Positions 56,386 to 64,000 of a stretch of DNA of 64,000 nt are shown here, in pieces. Where the stretch lies: contig JACQIB010000001.1 in NCBI GenBank assembly GCA_016198755.1, positions 32,001 through 96,000 on the forward strand, given 5' to 3'. A model generated the notes under the pieces. The model saw only the letters and a program-made list of their open reading frames with translations, was not told where the DNA came from and ran no database searches. Position 1 is the stretch's first letter. Each line of letters begins with the position of its first letter. Source of the stretch: Candidatus Aenigmatarchaeota archaeon. Lineage in GTDB: Archaea; Aenigmatarchaeota; Aenigmatarchaeia; Aenigmatarchaeales; JACQIB01. A program made the translations under genes and the position numbers.

Positions 56386-56459
56386 AGGAAAATTTTGGGG
56401 TCTGAAAGCTTAAATACCCATCCAGAAGGGATTTAAACCCGCAAATCAAAAGTAATGGA

Positions 56460-57053
56460 ATGGACTATAAAATAGAAGAGGAAAAACTTGTCTTTTTCGC
56501 GTTCACTCTTGCTATTATTTTACTGTTTTTCTTCTCTCTAACTCCCCAACCCTTTTCAGCAGCTTCCCCAACCCTGTTTTCAGCCTTATTTTTCCAGTTT
56601 TTCCATTTTTCAGCAACCCACCTACTGGAAAATATTGTCGGGCTTTCAATGGTTGTTATACTCTCAATAGAGATGAAGCTGAAATTTAAAGAGTTTGCTC
56701 TTTTTTATCTGGCAGGAGTTTACATAGCTCTTCCACTTTCCTTTTTCTTTCCGGCAGCAGCAATAGCAGGCTCTTCCACAGGCATTTATGCTGTGCTGGC
56801 CGCAACCTTGGTAAAGGGAAAGAAATACCTCTCATGGAAGATACTTATTCCCTCATTCGCGGTTTTTGCATTCTCGGGAACAATAATCTCTTTTTTTTCC
56901 GGTTCCTTTTCTTTAGCCCTTCCGGATTTGTTCCATTTGGCAGGTTTCCTTGCCGGTGCAGTTTTATTTGAGTTTATTCACCAACGCCTGCCTGAGGCTT
57001 TGCGGCAAGCAGAAAAGCAACTTTTTCAATCAGCTTATGCTCATAAGTTATAA
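56460..57053 (+). CDS. Rhomboid-family intramembrane protease
   Basis: H....HLLEN, GSSTG, HLAGFLAG. Confidence 0.8.
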   Translation: MDYKIEEEKLVFFAFTLAIILLFFFSLTPQPFSAASPTLFSALFFQFFHFSATHLLENIVGLSMVVILSIEMKLKFKEFALFYLAGVYIALPLSFFFPAAAIAGSSTGIYAVLAATLVKGKKYLSWKILIPSFAVFAFSGTIISFFSGSFSLALPDLFHLAGFLAGAVLFEFIHQRLPEALRQAEKQLFQSAYAHKL

Positions 57054-57405
57054 GGTCAGAAGCAGTAACAATTCCAACCAATTCACCCTCCTTTATAACA
57101 GGAAGCTTTTTTATCCTGTATTTTGCCATAACTTCTGCAGCTTCCTCCAAACTTATTCCAGGTTCAATAGCAACTATATCCGTGCTCATTATATCCTTTA
57201 CAAAAACCTCCTCAGCCAGCAAATTTTTCTCTGCAACTCCCTTCAGAACGTCCCTTTCTGTCATAATCCCTGCAACCCTCCCGCTGGGCTCTACAACAAT
57301 CAAACAACCTATACCAAACTTATTCATTATTTTAACAGCTTCCAGAACAGTAGAATCAGGCCTGCAGGTCTTTACATTTTTCTTCATTATATCTTCAATA
57401 ATCAT
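56974..57405 (-). CDS. Tandem CBS-domain protein
   Basis: GIMTERD, KLPV..GELVGIVTASD. Confidence 0.9.
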   Translation of the reverse strand: MIIEDIMKKNVKTCRPDSTVLEAVKIMNKFGIGCLIVVEPSGRVAGIMTERDVLKGVAEKNLLAEEVFVKDIMSTDIVAIEPGISLEEAAEVMAKYRIKKLPVIKEGELVGIVTASDLITYEHKLIEKVAFLLAAKPQAGVGE

Positions 57406-57442
57406 AGAGAAGTCTTATATCAGCCAGAATTTATGCCTTTGC

Positions 57443-58096
57443 TCAGCGCTTTCCCCTAAACTTCTTTGTATAGTCCTTTGCAAGCTCCCCGAAAGAATCC
57501 TTCAATCCAAGCCCGATTGCTATTGCCAATCCCAAGCCTATTGAACCTATTATAACAAGCAAAATGTTGTTCACAAGCTCTGCATTTACACCCAACAGCG
57601 GGAGAGCCAAGGCAATTGAAATGTAAAGGGTTAAAAAGAAAATAACCTTCCCAACCATGTCTGAATAGACTGTCCTTGAGCTTACAATCCTGTCCTTTAT
57701 GTAAGTTGCAACAATATACCCTGCGATTATGAACAATCCAGCTCCTATTGCACTATATACAAATTCTATTACTTTCGTTACAAACACTGTTATGCCTGCG
57801 TTGCCCAAAACAGCAGCAGCTAAAGTTATGAAAAATAAATATACAAGCCAGCGTGCAATAACATCCCCTACAACAGAAAGCTTAATGTTTAGCTTCTCTT
57901 CCTCAGCCAGCCACTTATCCAGCTTTATTCTTCCTATAACATTATAAACAACCCATCCGGCAACCCTTCCAAGAACAAATCCAATACCAAGTGTTATTAT
58001 AGCCCCTATAACAAGTGGGATGGAAGTTGCAGCAGCCTGTAAAATAGCAGAAGGTATCTGAACCAATGAATCAGCAACTATGGTTTCAAGAGCCAC
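57443..58096 (-). CDS. MscS-associated TM-helix repeat (CmpX-like) protein
   Basis: Repeated TM helices, LAIAIGLGLKD. Confidence 0.7.
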   Translation of the reverse strand: MALETIVADSLVQIPSAILQAAATSIPLVIGAIITLGIGFVLGRVAGWVVYNVIGRIKLDKWLAEEEKLNIKLSVVGDVIARWLVYLFFITLAAAVLGNAGITVFVTKVIEFVYSAIGAGLFIIAGYIVATYIKDRIVSSRTVYSDMVGKVIFFLTLYISIALALPLLGVNAELVNNILLVIIGSIGLGLAIAIGLGLKDSFGELAKDYTKKFRGKR

Positions 58097-58141
58097 ATTA
58101 TCACGTGCACTTTATTTATACAGGTCCACTATATAAACCTT

Positions 58142-59521
58142 ATGGCAGTCACCGGAAAAGTCATTAAAGCAGCCCTAAAAAAGGTCGAACCCTCCGAAGT
58201 AGAAAAAAAGGCAATGGAAGCTTTCAAAGCCCGCGCTCTTTCTGCTGCACATAAGTTATCAGGCTTTAAACCGCAGCTTTGCGGTTCTGCTGAGAAAGGG
58301 ACATGGCTTCCAGGGAAGCTTGAAATTGATCTTTTCCTTCTTTTCCCAACCTCACTTGAAAGGAAAGGGCTTGAAAAGCAGGGTCTGGAGGCTGCCAAAA
58401 AGATAATAAAGGCTTTGAAAGGAAAACCCATTGTAGCTTACGCAGAGCACCCATATGCGCGCTCAAGCTTAAACTTTTCAGGCAGAAAGTTTGAGATAGA
58501 TGTTGTTCCAGCTTATGAAATTTCAGATCCTTCAGCAATCCAGTCTGCTGTTGACAGAACACCTCATCATGTAGTTTTTGTAAAGAAAAACCTCTCAAAA
58601 GAACAGGAAGCTGAAGTCAGGCTTTTGAAGCAATTCTGCAAAACAGCAGGCTGCTATGGAGCTGACCTGAAAACACAGGGATTCTCCGGCTATTTGTGCG
58701 AGCTGCTTATAGTAAAATTTGGATCTTTCAGTTCTGTAATAAAGGCTGCTGCCGGCTGGAGTGCTGGCGCAAAAGTTTCCTTATCCAACTCCCAAAAACA
58801 GTTCCATACACCACTTACAATAATAGACCCCGTAGATTCAAACAGGAACGTTGCAGCAGCTGTATCTCCCCAAAGCCTTTATACTTTTTCCAAAGCCTGC
58901 TCAGCCTTCCTTAAAATCCCCTCAATAAAATACTTTTCATCTGATCCTGCAAAACCCTATTCTGTAAAGGAAGTAAAGCGTGCAATTTCTTCCCGCGGAA
59001 CACGCCCCTATCTCTTCCTTTTTCCAAAGCCTAAAAATATTCTGGATGATGTGCTCTATACACAGGGAAGGAAAACACTCAGAAATCTTGAAAAGCTGCT
59101 TTCAGCTGCAGGGTTTTCTTTCCATTCAGGTGACATTTTTGTTTCCCCCACTGATATATCATTTTTCCTTGAAATTTCTGTCTGGTCTGTCCCGCGTATA
59201 ATAAAACATAAAGGTCCAAGCATTTACTCAAAACAGTCTAAAGATTTCCTAAATCACTATTCAAAAAACAGGCTCTGGATAGAGGGGGATGACTGGTTTG
59301 TAGAAACTGAAAGAGCTCATACAGCACCGCTTCCATTTTTCAAATATTTATTTTCTCTTTCACAGGAAAAGCTATCACAAAAGGGAATACCAAGCAACTT
59401 TTCCAAAACCCCAAAAATATTTTCAGGTATAAATATATTAAAACCTCTTGAAAAGAGGGAAGACCTGCGCCTTTTCCTGCGCAATTACTTTGAAACAAAC
59501 TTTAACCCTTATGGTGGTTGA
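58142..59521 (+). CDS. cca: Class I CCA-adding enzyme
   Basis: GSAEKGTWL..EIDLF, YAEHPY, SAVDRTP.H, GFSGYLCEL, DPVD..RNVAAA. Confidence 0.95.
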   Translation: MAVTGKVIKAALKKVEPSEVEKKAMEAFKARALSAAHKLSGFKPQLCGSAEKGTWLPGKLEIDLFLLFPTSLERKGLEKQGLEAAKKIIKALKGKPIVAYAEHPYARSSLNFSGRKFEIDVVPAYEISDPSAIQSAVDRTPHHVVFVKKNLSKEQEAEVRLLKQFCKTAGCYGADLKTQGFSGYLCELLIVKFGSFSSVIKAAAGWSAGAKVSLSNSQKQFHTPLTIIDPVDSNRNVAAAVSPQSLYTFSKACSAFLKIPSIKYFSSDPAKPYSVKEVKRAISSRGTRPYLFLFPKPKNILDDVLYTQGRKTLRNLEKLLSAAGFSFHSGDIFVSPTDISFFLEISVWSVPRIIKHKGPSIYSKQSKDFLNHYSKNRLWIEGDDWFVETERAHTAPLPFFKYLFSLSQEKLSQKGIPSNFSKTPKIFSGINILKPLEKREDLRLFLRNYFETNFNPYGG

Positions 59522-60415
59522 TTGACTCAGATAGATGTTGTTATACTTGGTTCAGGTTCAGCAATTCCCACACCTGAGCGCGGCCACCCGTCAACCCTTC
59601 TTAACCGCTCAGGTGAGCTTTACCTTTTCGACTGCGGTGAAGGAACACAGACAAGAGTAAGGAAAGCAGGTTACAATCCCCAGAAAATAAAATCCATATT
59701 CATTTCCCACTGGCATGCAGATCATTTTTCAGGTCTACTCCCTCTGTTTGAAACATTGAATCTTTTAAACAGAAAAGAACCACTCACAATTTTCGGACCG
59801 CAGGCAGAGAGGTTTGTTTCAGATCTTTTTGATTTAAGCTATTACTCCGTAGGTTTTCCACTCCGCGCAATAAACTGCTCTCTCGAGTCTCCACAAAAAT
59901 TAGTAAGCACATTAGAGTACGATATTTTCTCAGTTCCTGTAAAACATTCTGTCCCAGCAGTTGGCTATTTTTTCAAGGAAAAGGAAAGATGGAACCTTTC
60001 TTCCAAAAAGCTAAAAACTTTTGGCCTGAAACCCTCTCCCCTGCTGCAGGAGCTAAAAGAGAAAGGAAAAATTGTTTTCAATAGCAAAAAAATCCTGCTG
60101 AAACAGGTTGCAGAAAAAACAGAGGGTAGGAGCTTTGCCTATTCAGGCGATACCCAGCCATTCAAGCCATTTTTCAAGTTTATTTCAGGCTGTGATTTGT
60201 TAATCCACGATTCAACTTTCCTGGAACCTGTTCCAACCAAGTCCCACAGCTCAGCAGCTGAAGCAGCCAAGCTTTCAAAGCAATATAAAATAAAAAGGCT
60301 TGTCTTATCCCACTTTAGCCAGCGCTACAAATCAGAAAAGGAATTGCTGCGCGCAGCAAAGAAAGTTTTCCCCAGAACAATAGCAGCCTTTGACGGATTA
60401 AAACTTTTCATATAG
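59522..60415 (+). CDS. rnz: Ribonuclease Z
   Basis: DCGEGTQ, SHWHADH, YSGDT, HDSTF, HFSQRY. Confidence 0.95.
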   Translation: MTQIDVVILGSGSAIPTPERGHPSTLLNRSGELYLFDCGEGTQTRVRKAGYNPQKIKSIFISHWHADHFSGLLPLFETLNLLNRKEPLTIFGPQAERFVSDLFDLSYYSVGFPLRAINCSLESPQKLVSTLEYDIFSVPVKHSVPAVGYFFKEKERWNLSSKKLKTFGLKPSPLLQELKEKGKIVFNSKKILLKQVAEKTEGRSFAYSGDTQPFKPFFKFISGCDLLIHDSTFLEPVPTKSHSSAAEAAKLSKQYKIKRLVLSHFSQRYKSEKELLRAAKKVFPRTIAAFDGLKLFI

Positions 60416-60493
60416 GTTTGCTCCTGCAGTGACAAAAATTCATCCATATTATGGAGGTTTATAAGAGAAAATATTGTCACATCCAGCGTATGG

Positions 60494-60874
60494 TTACTTC
60501 TTGATCAAAACCGCGTTCACAATACCATGCTGGGTTGGTCTGCTTGTTACTTTAGCTAATCCGGCTTCAGTTTCTATAACAGCCCCCATTGTTATAATGT
60601 TCATTCTTACAAAGTGCGGGTTCGCAGGATTTTCTTTTACAGTTATTATTTTGGCTTTCTGTGCTTTTTTTGTCTCCGGATTCAGTACATTTGCAATCTC
60701 AACCTGGTGCAAAGAAAACTTGCTCCCTCCCCCATAGGTTTTCTTTTCAGCTCTCTTCTCCTTCCCTATCTTAACAGGGACAAAATCACTGCCTATATTC
60801 ATCTTCTTCTTTTTGCTCAGTTTTCTGTAAAGCCCTCCTGTAGGCTTCCTGTTAGCCTTCCCATGATACAACAT
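60494..60874 (-). CDS. rps8e: Ribosomal protein eS8
   Basis: RKPTGG, NPANPHFVR.NIIT.GA, VTSRP.QHG. Confidence 0.95.
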   Translation of the reverse strand: MLYHGKANRKPTGGLYRKLSKKKKMNIGSDFVPVKIGKEKRAEKKTYGGGSKFSLHQVEIANVLNPETKKAQKAKIITVKENPANPHFVRMNIITMGAVIETEAGLAKVTSRPTQHGIVNAVLIKK

Positions 60875-60978
60875 ACTCTTTTTCCCTTGTTCAACGTATT
60901 TAAACCTTTCCAGACCCAGCAGGCTTTATATAGAAGTAGGCCAATTCTTAATTAAGGTTTTTTAATTTGGGTGTTTGA

Positions 60979-61215
60979 GTGACAACAGCAAATAACAGCA
61001 GGCCATTGGATGTTCTTGACAAAGCTAAAGGAAACAAAGTTATAATAAAGTTGAAAGGTGGAACAGAAGTTACAGGTCTTCTTCAAGCTTTCGATTTGCA
61101 TTTAAACATCTGGCTGGAAGGAGCAGAAGAAAGAACAGCAGATAAAACAATAAAGCTTGGCTCCACTCTGGTTCGCGGAGATACTATAATTCTGATTTCT
61201 CCTGCCTCTGAGTAA
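60979..61215 (+). CDS. Sm-like (Lsm) protein
   Basis: RPLDVL, FDLHLN, VRGD; upstream of eL37 as usual in archaea. Confidence 0.93.
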   Translation: MTTANNSRPLDVLDKAKGNKVIIKLKGGTEVTGLLQAFDLHLNIWLEGAEERTADKTIKLGSTLVRGDTIILISPASE

Positions 61216-61262
61216 ACCTTTTAATACCTTCTCTCCCTCTATTTAGCCAATAGGTTTTGGTT

Positions 61263-61448
61263 ATGGCAAAGGGAACACCCTCAATGGGAAAAAGGAACAA
61301 GATAACCCATATACGCTGTCGCAGATGCGGACTTCATGGTTATCACATTAGAAAGAAACAGTGCTCCCACTGCGGTTTTCCTTCAGCCCGCTTAAGGAAA
61401 TTTGGTTGGCAATGGAAACAGGTTCTTGGGAGAGCCCGCACCCGTTAA
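61263..61448 (+). CDS. rpl37e: Ribosomal protein eL37
   Basis: KGTPSMGK, HIRCRRCG, CSHCGF. Confidence 0.95.
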   Translation: MAKGTPSMGKRNKITHIRCRRCGLHGYHIRKKQCSHCGFPSARLRKFGWQWKQVLGRARTR

Positions 61449-61459
61449 GGCGTGGTTAA

Positions 61460-62359
61460 ATGGGAATTGATGTTATAGGAATAGGTTCTTTAGCCCTAGA
61501 CTCTGTTAAAACCCCCTTCGGCCAGTTCTCAGAAGGTTTGGGTGGCACAACATCTTATTTTTCCCTAGCTTCCAGTTTCTTTTCAAAAACAGGAATAGTT
61601 TCAACTGTTGGAAAAGACTTCCCTTCTATACATAAAGAATTCCTTCTTTCCAGAGGAGTAGATATTGAAGGAATTTCAGAAGAAACCGGCAAAACCCTGC
61701 GCTGGCATGCTAGCTATGACTATGAGATGAACGAAGCTCACACAGATCTTATTGAGCTGAATGTTTTTGGAAACATGAAAACAACGATTCCAGAATCCTA
61801 CAGGAGTGCAAAGTTTGTTTATTTTGGTCCAATAGATCCTTCCCTTCCAACAAAATTTTTGTCCAACTTTCCTTCAAAACCTTTTACAGTAATGGACACA
61901 AAAAACATATGGCTTAAGAGAAGGGAAGAACTGATGGAGCTTTGCAAAGCAGCTGATATTTTTCTTTTAAACGAGTGGGAAGCCCGCGAACTTTTTCAAA
62001 CTTCCAACCTTGTTATAGCAGCAAAAAAAGCCCTTTCTGCTGGAGCAAAGAATATTATAATTAAAAAAGGGGAGCACGGGGCTTTGCTCTTTTCAAACAG
62101 CAGCTTTTTCTTTGTTCCAGGCTACCCGTTGGAAAATGTTGTAGATCCAACAGGAGCAGGAGACTGCTTTGCAGGTGGCTTGCTTGGATTTTTAGCCAAA
62201 ACAGGAATTACAAAAGAAAATCTGCGCAAAGCAATGGTTTACGGTTCTGTTATTGCCTCTTTCTGCGCTGAAGGATTGGGAATAGAAAGGCTGAAAATTC
62301 TTACAATGGAACAAATAGAAAACCGCTATAAGGAGTTTCAGAGGCTTGTTAAGTTCTAG
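61460..62359 (+). CDS. PfkB-family sugar/nucleoside kinase
   Basis: LGG, NEWEA, KKGEHGA, DPTGAGDCFAGG. Confidence 0.92.
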   Translation: MGIDVIGIGSLALDSVKTPFGQFSEGLGGTTSYFSLASSFFSKTGIVSTVGKDFPSIHKEFLLSRGVDIEGISEETGKTLRWHASYDYEMNEAHTDLIELNVFGNMKTTIPESYRSAKFVYFGPIDPSLPTKFLSNFPSKPFTVMDTKNIWLKRREELMELCKAADIFLLNEWEARELFQTSNLVIAAKKALSAGAKNIIIKKGEHGALLFSNSSFFFVPGYPLENVVDPTGAGDCFAGGLLGFLAKTGITKENLRKAMVYGSVIASFCAEGLGIERLKILTMEQIENRYKEFQRLVKF

Positions 62360-62397
62360 GGAAAGGCTTTTATTGTTGCTGGAGTCAATAAAGGACT

Positions 62398-62567
62398 GGG
62401 CCCGTAGCTCAGTCTGGTAGAGCATTCGGCTCTTAATTCATAAGAGCCATCCTAGCGCTTGCAATGATGGAGAAACCGAAGGGCCGAGGGTTCGAAGCTC
62501 AGGGGGAAGTTTCCCCCTACAGCCCTACCCCCTCAGGTAGGGAGAGAAAATCCCTCCGGGCCCACCA
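62398..62567 (+). tRNA. tRNA-Lys(CUU) with two introns (62436-62474 at 37/38; about 62497-62550 in the T-loop); CCA encoded
   Basis: Acceptor GGGCCCG/CGGGCCC-A-CCA, D arm GCTC/GAGC, anticodon arm TTCGG-CT-CTT-A/A-CCGAA, T arm GAGGG-TTCGA..T-CCCTC. Confidence 0.9.
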
Positions 62568-62568
62568 A

Positions 62569-63270
62569 TCACTTTTTTATCAAAGGGGCTATTATTTCTT
62601 CTGCCTGTTTCAGCCTGTAAGCAACAAACTCAGGCTTGCCCTCTTCCTTGTCAAGAAACTTCATTTTTATCTTAACCTCAGCAACCTTCCACCCATCCTT
62701 AACAATCTTTATTAGTGGTTTATACATTATATCCCAGCCAATACACTTGGAATTTGTAAAATATTTTGCAAGCTCTTTTCTGAACACTCTCGGTCCATAA
62801 GAGAGGTCTGTGCCCTGCGGTATCTTTCTGAGGGCTGTAAGATAGAGAGAATTTATTATTTTTTGCTCTGTGAACTGCTGTATTTTTGGATAGCTCTTTA
62901 TAGAGGGCCCAGTCCTGCCAACAATAACAAGGTCTGCTTTTCCCTGTTCTATAGGTTTCAATATTTTCCTAAAGTTTTTGCTAAATCCATATTTCCCTGA
63001 TTTATCCCCCTCAGAAACAATAATAATATCCCCGTGTTTTGCAGCCTCCCTTATAGAATCTTTAATCCCATCCCCAATTGAGGAATGTTTTTTTCCCAGA
63101 ACCACAGCCCCCAAACCCTTTATAGTTTTTATAAGTTTCTTGGAGGAGCCCCCGTCAGAAACATAAACTTCTAATTCCAATAATCTCCACTCTTTAACTG
63201 TTTCTAGCAGCCGTTTCCACTCTGCTCTTTTCCCCTTATCGTATACAGAGAGAGCGACAACAGCCTTCAT
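62569..63270 (-). CDS. GT2-like glycosyltransferase
   Basis: VSDGGS, SEGD, ADLVIVGR, DLSYGPR. Confidence 0.7.
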   Translation of the reverse strand: MKAVVALSVYDKGKRAEWKRLLETVKEWRLLELEVYVSDGGSSKKLIKTIKGLGAVVLGKKHSSIGDGIKDSIREAAKHGDIIIVSEGDKSGKYGFSKNFRKILKPIEQGKADLVIVGRTGPSIKSYPKIQQFTEQKIINSLYLTALRKIPQGTDLSYGPRVFRKELAKYFTNSKCIGWDIMYKPLIKIVKDGWKVAEVKIKMKFLDKEEGKPEFVAYRLKQAEEIIAPLIKK

Positions 63271-64000
63271 TTTGTTCCCTCTATGTTAGAAACTCTCTCC
63301 AAAATTTTCCTGTGCATTTGTTGCGGCGCAGCAACAAGAGTTTTAGTGTTAACATCAATACTTTTTCCTTTAAAGTCTGTTATTTTAGTTCCAGCTTCCT
63401 CTGCTATCAAAATTCCAGCAGCAATATCCCATGGCTTAGCATAGAAAGAAACAAATCCATCCAGCCTGCCAGCAGCAACATAGCAAAGCTCTAATGCAGC
63501 AGAGCCCATTTTTCTCAGATCCTTTATGTCCATAAAAACTGTGTGCAGTTTAGCAGCCTCCGGATTGTAGATTTTGGTGCAGAAACCCAGAATAGCCATT
63601 CCAAAATCCTCTTTCTTTGTTGCAAAAATCCTTTTCCCGTTCAGAAAAGCTCCCTTCCCTTTTACTGCTGTAAACAGCTCATCTATAATAGGATTATAAA
63701 CAACTCCCATAACAGGCTTCCCCCCCTTTACCAGCCCAATTGAAACATTAAAAAATGGGTTACAAATTGAAAAGTTTGTTGTCCCATCCAGCGGGTCTAC
63801 AATCCATTCCAGTTCAGTTTTTTTATCCTGCAACCCAGTTTCCTCCCCAAGAAAGCTATAATCAAATTTAGAAAGCAGTTTCTTTATAACAATCTCAGAC
63901 TTTTTGTCCACTTCAGTTGCTATCTCTTTCTTTTCTTTCATTTCAATAGCATGCTTCTTTCCAAATCCAATACGTATTATTTTGCCTGCAGCACGCGCAG
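63267..64000 (-). CDS. suhB: Inositol monophosphatase family protein, 5'-truncated by the window edge
   Basis: GEE, WIVDPLDGTTNF, GSAALE, WDIAAG; frame stays open to the window end (AARAAGKII). Confidence 0.9.
   Translation of the reverse strand, partial: ARAAGKIIRIGFGKKHAIEMKEKKEIATEVDKKSEIVIKKLLSKFDYSFLGEETGLQDKKTELEWIVDPLDGTTNFSICNPFFNVSIGLVKGGKPVMGVVYNPIIDELFTAVKGKGAFLNGKRIFATKKEDFGMAILGFCTKIYNPEAAKLHTVFMDIKDLRKMGSAALELCYVAAGRLDGFVSFYAKPWDIAAGILIAEEAGTKITDFKGKSIDVNTKTLVAAPQQMHRKILERVSNIEGTK

Noticed and set aside
58142-59521. CCA enzyme inactive because of EID instead of DID
   Set aside because: ExD is found in active archaeal class I CCA enzymes such as that of Archaeoglobus fulgidus
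62464-62715. 83-aa plus-strand ORF
   Set aside because: Overlaps the tRNA and the antisense strand of the glycosyltransferase

Overview
Archaeal chromosome segment. Markers are TFB, archaeal histone, RpoF, aIF5A, class I CCA enzyme, eS8/eL37/eL33/eS26, Sec61beta and archaeal RNase P RNA. The gene-dense layout and many orphans suggest a DPANN lineage such as Aenigmarchaeota (inference). The window opens with the 3' end of a 23S rRNA gene interrupted by four bulge-helix-bulge (BHB)-type introns in about 700 nt, one of them inside the sarcin-ricin loop. It ends near a tRNA-Lys(CUU) with two introns. RtcB (carrying a 507-aa intein) and archease are also encoded here. An approximately 16-kb isoprenoid cluster (21.6-37.3 kb) encodes a classical mevalonate pathway but no thiolase. 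It includes an apparent operon of a succinyl-CoA-synthetase-like ligase with altered acid-binding motifs, a catalytically degenerate HMG-CoA reductase paralogue and an intact HMG-CoA reductase, and it ends in a bacterial-type glycerol-3-phosphate dehydrogenase. Other points of interest are an uncharacterised block at 41.6-48.2 kb (nucleotidyltransferase-HEPN, metal TIM barrel, coiled-coil protein, paralogue pair) and a recurring TATA-abutting palindrome, TACTAC-N3-GTAGTA. All assignments come from reading motifs by eye; no searches were run.
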